Virus record (IMG/VR): IMGVR_UViG_3300037247_000847 | Span: 31,948-95,947 of that record | Length of the DNA stretch: 64,000 nt | Origin: a virus | Direction: 5' to 3' (one strand) | Part shown: in pieces, positions 54,988 to 62,604 of the stretch | How positions within the stretch are numbered: the stretch's first letter is position 1 | Layout: each line of letters begins with the position of its first letter | Notes under the pieces: model-generated | What the model saw: only the letters and a program-made list of their open reading frames with translations | Told to the model about the DNA's origin: nothing | Database searches by the model: none | Program-made: the position numbers and the translations under genes

Positions 54988-55913
54988 AACGTTTTTACCA
55001 CCTTGACGTTACCAAAATCGTTTACCAACCTCCTTCTATCTCTATAGACACCTTTAAGTTGTCCCCGAGGTTCTGACCATCCCCCAAATTCACCTAATAG
55101 TCTTATATCAAAAATCACCCCTCTTGCTTTCCATAATATTTTAGATAGGTTGTTGTCATGTAGCTTTAGTTGTTTAAGGTCTCTGTCAATATCATGACCG
55201 TGGTAGTATTTTCCGTTAGTCAATGACTGCCAATCACATAACATACTTTCTAGTTGGTCTAACCCGTTGACTGGCGCACCGAAGTCTATAGTTACTCGTA
55301 ATAGATCTCGATGTACTTTATTATTGTTAGCACATATGTCCCAACCTAGTCCTGTTAGTGTGTTAAGACCAGCTATCGGCCCTGCTGTCGCGCCTGGCTT
55401 TGTTCCAATATCAGGAGCGGTGATGGGGTATGAATGAACGAATTTCATCATGTCACAGAACTTGTAGCTAGACCAAGGTCCATGATAGGGTAATTCCGAA
55501 ACAGCTTCTCTAATTTTAGCCCAACTCTTTTCACGGTTATTACTGACTAGGTTGTCTACCCATGAAACTAAATCCCCATCGGTGAGTGATACCAATGTAT
55601 TTATCTGATTAAGTGCCTGCTCGTTGCCTCGAAAGCAACGACGTTGTTTGAAATAGGGAAGGTCATTACTCCAGTCCTTCTTTCGGATGATATCTGGTTT
55701 TGGATATCGTTTCCAAGCTTGAACAGCACTACCAAGATGGTAGTACAATAAATAAATACATGTGAACCAAAGTGCAGTGTTACGGTCTAATTTGAGTTTC
55801 TTATACATGTGTCTTAATATAGGGAATTGAGGGTCCAAATCTCCGGAGAGGATCATTGCGCGGCCGAACCGGGCAAAGTCTCTTAGTTCTTTAGATTTAT
55901 CTTTGTACCACAT
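54984..55913 (-). CDS. Amino acid:DNA transferase (aGPT-Pplase2/AADT, glycosylase-like fold)
   Basis: GDLDP.F, RRCFRG, GPWSSYK..D, ESMLCDW...YY.GHDI; cluster context. Confidence 0.7.
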   Translation of the reverse strand: MWYKDKSKELRDFARFGRAMILSGDLDPQFPILRHMYKKLKLDRNTALWFTCIYLLYYHLGSAVQAWKRYPKPDIIRKKDWSNDLPYFKQRRCFRGNEQALNQINTLVSLTDGDLVSWVDNLVSNNREKSWAKIREAVSELPYHGPWSSYKFCDMMKFVHSYPITAPDIGTKPGATAGPIAGLNTLTGLGWDICANNNKVHRDLLRVTIDFGAPVNGLDQLESMLCDWQSLTNGKYYHGHDIDRDLKQLKLHDNNLSKILWKARGVIFDIRLLGEFGGWSEPRGQLKGVYRDRRRLVNDFGNVKVVKTL

Positions 55914-55919
55914 AATAGA

Positions 55920-56019
55920 CCTATCTTAGGACCGCCTCCAAGGCCTGCAGGGGAGGATTTGACCCTTTAAGGGTAAAAACCCCGTTAATTTAGTCTCCGT
56001 TACCTGCGGGCCTTGGAGG
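55920..56019 (-). repeat. Dispersed structured repeat, copy 5
   Basis: About 3 differences from copy 1 over ~98 bp; overlaps the 3' end of the upstream ORF. Confidence 0.92.
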
Positions 56020-56538
56020 GGTCGGTAAAACGGTACATATTTCGTCAAATAGCTCCGAAGGGATATTTGGGTCAGTAGTAACACCAATTCCCCCTGAGTA
56101 ATCGTCAGTAAATAGGCAACATTGTTTTACCTTCTCTAATACTATTCGCAGGCGCCACTTCTCGTCATCGGCGGCTTTGGCGCGGTCTTTCCATGTGATA
56201 CGAGCCTTCGCACCGTCTATACCTGCGGTCGCTTCACCCATCCAATATTCTGAGGTTTTCTCCAACTCCGCCCCCCGCTCCCGTGTCTCCTTTATAGTTT
56301 TAACTAATCCATTACACTCCTCCGCTGTAACCAACTCATGTAGTTCATGGAGTTTTTCACTTCCTTGTGTATATTCTGGAATTTCTTCCTCGTAGAAACC
56401 CCAAATCAATTGACCTTGTAGCTCCTCGATCTTGTTGGCTACTTCGTTTAAGAACATCGTACCCTGTTCAATTGTCATAAATACAATGCTGGAGCCACGC
56501 AGTCGTTCAATGATGTCAGTCGTTGTGAGGTCTACCAT
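55990..56538 (-). CDS. Hypothetical protein (C-terminus supplied by repeat copy 5)
   Basis: ATG at 56538 after AGGAG; ends PPRPAGNGD*. Confidence 0.6.
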   Translation of the reverse strand: MVDLTTTDIIERLRGSSIVFMTIEQGTMFLNEVANKIEELQGQLIWGFYEEEIPEYTQGSEKLHELHELVTAEECNGLVKTIKETRERGAELEKTSEYWMGEATAGIDGAKARITWKDRAKAADDEKWRLRIVLEKVKQCCLFTDDYSGGIGVTTDPNIPSELFDEICTVLPTPPRPAGNGD

Positions 56539-56548
56539 GATATATCTC

Positions 56549-57469
56549 CTACCACTCATTTGATTTTTTCGGGACGAAACGTTCTAACACACCTTGTCCA
56601 AGTTTGATCCTTTCGATCTTGTCAAACTCACAAAGCCAATGTTCGACCTCTCGCATTTCCCAAGGTGGTGTATGTAGACCCCACCTTGGCTCTTGAGATT
56701 TTGCTAAGAGACCTTGCATGGCTTCTAATGCATTCTTTTTCGGGAAGGAACAACCTTCAATCTGCCTCGTCTTCGGTTGATACCCCCAAAGTCGGGTCAA
56801 TCCTCGAAGAGCCCCCGGCCCGGCATTTGCCCAAGTCATAATATCAGGGGCGTTACGTAGGTATACCGTATGACGAAGATCTGAGACGACTTCATAAGCC
56901 AAGAAGTCTCCAAGACCTCGTTGACTACGAAGCCATTTCCACATGTCTTCTAGACTATTGGTATTGATAATCCAAGATGGATGGCGTAGTTCGCGGTAGA
57001 GAGGGGTGAGTACAGAATTTACGAGATAGATAGCACGTTCGCTCCCTTTTGGGCATGAACCGAGTAGATATGCACCTGTATAGATTTTCTTACCTCCATC
57101 CTTACGACGATGCAAGACCCCCAATACCTTTTCTGGGTTCCAACGTTTGGGAAAGCCTATCTCCTCTAAGGTGGGAGGCCAATTGATTAACCTAGCTAGT
57201 GCCATTGCAAAAGGTAGGTTGGGATGATCTGCATAAGGCTCACGCCAATTCTCCCGTAACCAAATAGTCACCTTATCATGTTCTCTAAATAAATTACAGA
57301 ATTTGTACTTCTGGAAAATAGGGTCATCCGTCCATGGTGGGATTTGGCTAAATTCCCTATCCCTACGTAAGCGAATATTGTAACGCTCCTTAGCCGTCTT
57401 GAAATATCGACGTAGCTGAGTGTATTTAGGTCCACACGCTACCTGCTCGGATGTTAGTGTAGTTGTCAT
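56549..57469 (-). CDS. 5-hydroxymethyluracil DNA kinase, helical family (aGPT-Pplase1/5-HMUDK)
   Basis: ER..I..RR...PPWTDDPIFQ.YKFCN..RE.DKVT, AR.INWP.TL, YTGAY, F.AYEVV.D, GPGA.RGL, EHWLCEFDK. Confidence 0.82.
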   Translation of the reverse strand: MTTTLTSEQVACGPKYTQLRRYFKTAKERYNIRLRRDREFSQIPPWTDDPIFQKYKFCNLFREHDKVTIWLRENWREPYADHPNLPFAMALARLINWPPTLEEIGFPKRWNPEKVLGVLHRRKDGGKKIYTGAYLLGSCPKGSERAIYLVNSVLTPLYRELRHPSWIINTNSLEDMWKWLRSQRGLGDFLAYEVVSDLRHTVYLRNAPDIMTWANAGPGALRGLTRLWGYQPKTRQIEGCSFPKKNALEAMQGLLAKSQEPRWGLHTPPWEMREVEHWLCEFDKIERIKLGQGVLERFVPKKSNEW

Positions 57470-57520
57470 AACGACCTCACTTTCTCGTTGTTCGGATCCT
57501 ATATAACAATACAGCGACGA

Positions 57521-57565
57521 AGAAAATAATAAGGAGGGAGGAACGCAATGAACCCCCCTCCTTTA
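57521..57565 (-). terminator. Intrinsic terminator after the acidic-protein gene
   Basis: - strand AAGGAGGGGGG..CCTCCCTCCTT followed by ATTATTTT. Confidence 0.7.
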
Positions 57566-57589
57566 ATTAGATATTCAGGTCGAAGAATG

Positions 57590-58585
57590 TTACGAAAGTT
57601 TGATCCAACCCTTCTCCTCGGCGACGCTGAGGAACTTGGACGTACCCCCTGCCGCAGTGTACTTAGCAACCGTCTTAGATGCTTTCATGATCTTGAACAT
57701 GTCGGCACGCTTGGAACCTTCCCTCAGCTTTGGTTTACGGTCGAGAACCTTGATCTTCTTGTTTGCATTCTCGCTGGGTCGACCACGACCTTTACCATTA
57801 GACGATTCCTTTTTCGTCTTGGATTTTCCTTTGCTCTCTTTCTTGGTCTTAGTTGATTTATTTTCCTTCTTGTCCTTCTTGGTCTTGTCCTTCTTGGTGG
57901 TTTTATTTTTGTCCTCAGTCTTCTTGGTCTTCTTGTTCTTCTTTTTCTCTTCGGTCTTCTTGTCCTTTTTACTCATAGCCTTAGTCTCCTTTTCATCTTC
58001 GTCTTCATCTTCATCTTCGTCTTCATCTTCATCTTCATCTTCGTCTTCGTCTTCATCATCTTCGTCATCATCTTCATCTTCGTCTTCGTCATCATCTTCG
58101 TCTTCATCGTCATCTTCGTCTTCGTCATCTTCGTCTTTCTTGCTCTTTTTCTTACTAGAACTCTTACGACGCTTAGGCTTTTTCTCTTCATCTTCATCTT
58201 CATCTTCGTCTTCGTCTTCGTCATCTTCGTCTTCGTCTTCATCTTCGTCATCTTCGTCTTCGTCTTCATCTTCGTCTTCGTCTTCGTCATCTTCGTCTTT
58301 CTTACTCTTTTTCTTAGAGCTCTTACGACGACGTGTCTTTTTCTCTTCCTCCTCTTCATCTTCGTCTTCGTCTTCGTTCTCAAAGTTGGGGATCTCTTTT
58401 TTCTCCTCCACAGCGTCGATGGCAGCATCGACCCATTTTTGGGTTTCGTCCGATAGCGTGTAGAACTTCTCGTCGTCGGTCTTGTCTATCATAAGTAGAA
58501 TACGTTTGAGAAAAGACTGTTCTGTTTCTTTCTTTTTCTGACCCTTTATCCCAGTCAGTTTCAGCAGTTCTTGTTCAATAGACAT
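57590..58585 (-). CDS. Highly charged protein with long poly-D/E tracts and K-rich C-terminus
   Basis: 331 aa, AGGAG RBS; acidic and basic blocks. Confidence 0.8.
   Translation of the reverse strand: MSIEQELLKLTGIKGQKKKETEQSFLKRILLMIDKTDDEKFYTLSDETQKWVDAAIDAVEEKKEIPNFENEDEDEDEEEEEKKTRRRKSSKKKSKKDEDDEDEDEDEDEDEDDEDEDEDEDDEDEDEDEDEDEEKKPKRRKSSSKKKSKKDEDDEDEDDDEDEDDDEDEDEDDDEDDEDEDEDEDEDEDEDEDEDEDEKETKAMSKKDKKTEEKKKNKKTKKTEDKNKTTKKDKTKKDKKENKSTKTKKESKGKSKTKKESSNGKGRGRPSENANKKIKVLDRKPKLREGSKRADMFKIMKASKTVAKYTAAGGTSKFLSVAEEKGWIKLS
57993..58383 (-). repeat. Low-complexity poly-Asp/Glu codon tracts
   Basis: TCTTCG/TCATCT runs on the + strand. Confidence 0.9.
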
Positions 58586-58610
58586 TTTTACTGCACTCCT
58601 TGGTAGTTGG

Positions 58611-59213
58611 TTAACTATTGAAAGCTTCGTCGAGTTCGTCGAATAGGTCCCTAGAAGGGTTTAGTTTAGCTGTCCTGGCTAGAGCTATACCTAAAGGTTC
58701 CAACCGGGGACGACCTGATAGTCGTTTTGACCTACGTTGCTCAATACACGATACACCAACAAAGTCTCTAATCAATAATTTTAACACTTCTACCAACTCC
58801 TCTGATAGCTTCTCAAATAAATCAGAGAAGGTGTCTAAAGTAAATGCTAATTCGTGTTCCACTAAATGTGTAAGGTTGCAATCATCTATATCCAGCACCA
58901 GTTTACCTTTACCCTTTTCGTAAGCATATGTATTAGGGAAACATTGTCGTGAGCGGTTATTGACGCGTCCCCAGAGTGCACAACGGTAAATTTTGAAGAG
59001 GTCTTCCTCACCACACTTGGGGTGTCGTCTATATACACCAAGATATACAGCAAATGCGTCTTGTTGTACGTCTTGAAAATCGTACATGGCACGTATGCGC
59101 CAGAGGTGACGTCTTAAATAATTCTCTCCCCACTGTCGAGCTCGTTTATCGTAGAACTTTGTCAGACGTATGTGTGTTGATTTACGCTTAGGTCTCTTGG
59201 ATCCTGCAGTCAT
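58611..59213 (-). CDS. Putative phage sigma-factor-like regulator (sigma70 region 2-like)
   Basis: YDFQDVQQDAF..Y..V.RR resembles the D.EDL.QE.F region-2 helix. Confidence 0.45.
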   Translation of the reverse strand: MTAGSKRPKRKSTHIRLTKFYDKRARQWGENYLRRHLWRIRAMYDFQDVQQDAFAVYLGVYRRHPKCGEEDLFKIYRCALWGRVNNRSRQCFPNTYAYEKGKGKLVLDIDDCNLTHLVEHELAFTLDTFSDLFEKLSEELVEVLKLLIRDFVGVSCIEQRRSKRLSGRPRLEPLGIALARTAKLNPSRDLFDELDEAFNS

Positions 59214-59318
59214 CGCATTCTCCCCCTATTAAGCGGAAGCGTCAAGTCTAACGCCCCGCAACCGTAAGTACAATATATAAAATGCGTAATTATAACTAAA
59301 TATTTCAAAGACTTAACC

Positions 59319-60314
59319 TTACAATTTAGAAAAGAGGTCAATAATTTCATGCTTACTTAACTCTGCTGGGTCCTTTACGTTGTTGGGTAGTGGTAAATTT
59401 TGCACGTTAATATCGTATGCAGCTGACAATAGGTTCATGACGTTGGCTTCCGCATTTTGATCACCACATATTACCAATATATCACATCTCTCTCTAATTG
59501 AATATAGCATATCTAGCTGGGCTTCCCGTATACCAGTACCAAATGTACCAATTGCACATATCCCATAACGATGACCATAGTAATCCACTTTGATGACGTC
59601 AAATGGTCCCTCCACTATTACGCAAACGTGATGGTGTTTCTTTACCACGTTGTCATAGTTGAATAGTAAGTCACGGGCATTAATTAATCCCCTAGGTTCT
59701 GCATCCTTCTTATGGCTAAGGCTGCGATAGCGTAGTTCTTCAGTATCGTAGACCGTACGACCAGTCCACGATAAGAGCTCCCCACCTATCTTTATTGGCA
59801 TAATAATACGGCCTCTCCACATACCTTTGTCGCAGTAATGTAAGTCATATCTGCTTCTGAGTTGGCTTACATGACTAGATCTGAAACCTCTAGACATGAG
59901 ATATCTCCAGTACATTCTCGCTCGACCTGAAGGTGATTTGAGAGGACGAAACTCGGTAGGAAACTCCAATCGGTCGTGTTGTTTAGGTTCATTGTCATTT
60001 TGCATAAACTCAGATGATGCTTCATCAAAGTCGGACAACTCTACTACATCATCTTGTACGTAACTGTTGGCTTGCTCGTGAGTACACCCTATCAGCCGCA
60101 TTATTATGCGGCATGGATCAGATCCTTTGTGACCGATAGGATCGCGATAGCAAGTCCATCTACCACTCTTATGTAAACCTAAATGGAAGCTCTGATCTGT
60201 ATCACCACAAAATGGGCAATGAATATTAATGTAACCACGAGCAAAACTAGCTGCAGTCTTCAAATATTCAATGTGTTGGAGAGCACAGAATTTTTCCCAG
60301 TTAACTTTTGCCAT
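59319..60314 (-). CDS. dnaG: DNA primase (Zn finger + TOPRIM)
   Basis: CPFCGD..FHLG, YL.SRG, RIIMPI, WTGR, VEGPFD, KDP. Confidence 0.88.
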   Translation of the reverse strand: MAKVNWEKFCALQHIEYLKTAASFARGYINIHCPFCGDTDQSFHLGLHKSGRWTCYRDPIGHKGSDPCRIIMRLIGCTHEQANSYVQDDVVELSDFDEASSEFMQNDNEPKQHDRLEFPTEFRPLKSPSGRARMYWRYLMSRGFRSSHVSQLRSRYDLHYCDKGMWRGRIIMPIKIGGELLSWTGRTVYDTEELRYRSLSHKKDAEPRGLINARDLLFNYDNVVKKHHHVCVIVEGPFDVIKVDYYGHRYGICAIGTFGTGIREAQLDMLYSIRERCDILVICGDQNAEANVMNLLSAAYDINVQNLPLPNNVKDPAELSKHEIIDLFSKL

Positions 60315-60502
60315 TAGACCTCTCTATTTTGCACTTGTATCACACTGGTCTCGTCATCTGCAAGTGCTATACATAGGTCCGCAACACTCAGCATGAGCAC
60401 ATTCATCTTCCGTTCGAGCGAGACTGTTTCCTCCCGACTCTTCTGAAGCCAGTCCATCAGATTGCGGTGCGTCAGCTTCAATAACACTTTGTCCATGCTC
60501 AT
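60314..60502 (-). CDS. Hypothetical protein
   Basis: 62 aa, coupled on both sides. Confidence 0.55.
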   Translation of the reverse strand: MSMDKVLLKLTHRNLMDWLQKSREETVSLERKMNVLMLSVADLCIALADDETSVIQVQNREV

Positions 60503-62067
60503 ATCCTCTTCAGTTTGAGTTGGGTCTTGCCACGCATTAAAGCTTGTCGAAGGTCTTTACCCTCTTTCAGAAATTCTTGTATACTCTCATCAGCACTATT
60601 TTTACGCATTATGATATCCATAAAGAAGCAGCGTTTTTTCTGACTACCTCTGTGGATACGCTTTTCGGCTTGAGCTCTAACAATTGGTGATACAGGTGAC
60701 TCCACAAATATCTCATAGTTTGCTATTTGTAAGTTGAGTGAAAATGCTCCACACCCATTACTAGCCACTAATCCGGTAATGTCATCCTGCTCTATAAATC
60801 TTCTAAGCACCCCAGGTCCATCTTTCTGTCCACCATAAAGTCGGGAGTGGGGTATCTTAAGTTCGTCTAATTCCCTACTGATTCTCGCTCCTGTCCAACG
60901 GTATTCGTGAAAGATAAGGAACTTACGACCAGCTGGTATCTCCCTAACAATTTGTGACATAGCTTCGATCTTGGGGTTCTCAGGAAACTCGATCTGTACC
61001 TTATCACCAGTCTCATCATCTACCAGACCGATGAAACCAGACGCAATTTGCCTCATGTGTAAAAATGAATTTCTTACAAGTCGTAGATCGTGTTTGTCGG
61101 TTTTTAGTTTATCCACAATGTTGTTGTAATAAGAGCGCATGTCATCAGTAAATGGTACATATATTGGTTTGTACACCTTTTTTGGCATATCACGACATTC
61201 ACTCTCATCATAACTGATGGAGCAATGTTGGAGTACACGGTTCAGTTCTCCAGACTTTTTCTTATCGAATTTATAGTCGTAGTATCCACTCCAGTAGTTG
61301 ACCTTTTTCTTGAAGAATGCTTCTCTATATATGGCAAGGGTCTCACCTAGTGTATCACCATGATCACAGAAATTGAATTGTGACCACAACACAAGTGGAT
61401 TCCTACCAACAGGAATACCGGACATTCCGAACCGATGTTTATATGATGTACTCACCTTTCTGCAAACACGATAGGTCAAAGATTTATGTGACATAATCTC
61501 AGTACATTCATCTAAACACATAAAGTTGAATTTTGAAGATACCCTCTTAAGCCTAGCTGGTGTCATTACTAACTTTCTGGCTTTATGTCCAACATGTATT
61601 AGCTCAGAGCACATGTAGTTAAGACCAGCATAATTTATCACAAATAGATCCGCCTTTTTCTCCAGCATCTGGATCCTCTGTTTTGTATTACCATACATTG
61701 GGATACACTTGAGATCCGGTCTATGTTCTTCTACCTCCATAACCCAAGTTTCTATGGCAGAATCATTCAATACCACTACGAGAGCAGATTTAAGTTCTCC
61801 TTTCTTCTTGAGATATGCTATCATTTCTAGTACGACCCGAGTTTTTCCGAGACCCATATCAAGAAAAAACAAAAAGTGTCCTAAATAAATTCCAGCCAAG
61901 AGAGATGCTAATTGATGTTTCCACATTGGTTTTGATGAGATGAAGTCAGGAACTGGATCAAGATCATTTAACATCTGTGTCAATGTGCTGCGTGTGAGTT
62001 TCTTCAAATACCTGAAGTCATTTAGCTCACGTTTGCGGAAACGTTTTACGGCGAGTTTGGATAGCAT
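60499..62067 (-). CDS. SNF2-family (SF2) helicase
   Basis: DMGLGKT, INY, LDEC, SG.P, LNLQ.A, QAEKRIHR.SQ. Confidence 0.88.
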   Translation of the reverse strand: MLSKLAVKRFRKRELNDFRYLKKLTRSTLTQMLNDLDPVPDFISSKPMWKHQLASLLAGIYLGHFLFFLDMGLGKTRVVLEMIAYLKKKGELKSALVVVLNDSAIETWVMEVEEHRPDLKCIPMYGNTKQRIQMLEKKADLFVINYAGLNYMCSELIHVGHKARKLVMTPARLKRVSSKFNFMCLDECTEIMSHKSLTYRVCRKVSTSYKHRFGMSGIPVGRNPLVLWSQFNFCDHGDTLGETLAIYREAFFKKKVNYWSGYYDYKFDKKKSGELNRVLQHCSISYDESECRDMPKKVYKPIYVPFTDDMRSYYNNIVDKLKTDKHDLRLVRNSFLHMRQIASGFIGLVDDETGDKVQIEFPENPKIEAMSQIVREIPAGRKFLIFHEYRWTGARISRELDELKIPHSRLYGGQKDGPGVLRRFIEQDDITGLVASNGCGAFSLNLQIANYEIFVESPVSPIVRAQAEKRIHRGSQKKRCFFMDIIMRKNSADESIQEFLKEGKDLRQALMRGKTQLKLKRI

Positions 62068-62095
62068 TGTTCTTTACTTCTTGGTGGTGGTACAC

Positions 62096-62428
62096 TTAAC
62101 CCTCATATATTTTTCTGTTTGTTAGTAATTCCTTAGCTATTGTCTCTTGTTTAGTCCTTAAAGTATTTAGTTCTACCAACAACCGCTCCACCTGTTCTAC
62201 ACGCTGCGTCATGTCGCGGTCGTGCTGCGCTTGAAGATCAAATACTCCGTGCTTCTTGTCGTCGCCCCGGCGATTGAGAGCTACCGCGCCCCAAGATAGT
62301 CCGCCGCGACGGATATAGACACAGGTGTTACCAAACCGATTACTGATCTGCTGCATATCAGCTATAAAAGTATCGATCTTAACCATGTGGTCCATGTCGT
62401 TTGCGTCGTATTGGCTTTTTTCTGTCAT
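62096..62428 (-). CDS. Hypothetical protein
   Basis: 110 aa, GGAG RBS. Confidence 0.6.
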   Translation of the reverse strand: MTEKSQYDANDMDHMVKIDTFIADMQQISNRFGNTCVYIRRGGLSWGAVALNRRGDDKKHGVFDLQAQHDRDMTQRVEQVERLLVELNTLRTKQETIAKELLTNRKIYEG

Positions 62429-62604
62429 GTTTCTTCTCCATCTTCGTTGTCTAGTCCCCTAGCTCTAGTCAAAGTTAACTGCCGTAGTGCCTCCTCAAAC
62501 GGTACTTTTTTACTTGCTAATTCTAGTGGGATAACCTTCCCTGTACGGCAATACAAATCCAGACGTATTAACATCGTCTCAATACGATCTAGTTGCGTGG
62601 TCAT
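62425..62604 (-). CDS. Small ORF ending GLDNEDGEET (below the cutoff)
   Basis: Hand translation MTTQLDRIETMLIRLDLYCRTG...GLDNEDGEET (59 aa), ATGA-coupled on both sides. Confidence 0.6.
   Translation of the reverse strand: MTTQLDRIETMLIRLDLYCRTGKVIPLELASKKVPFEEALRQLTLTRARGLDNEDGEET

Noticed and set aside
57600-58463. Long poly-Ser + strand ORFs (also 40946..41764) and MKTK-repeat ORFs
   Set aside because: Shadow frames of the poly-D/E tracts; the D/E frames have RBSs and match the operon direction
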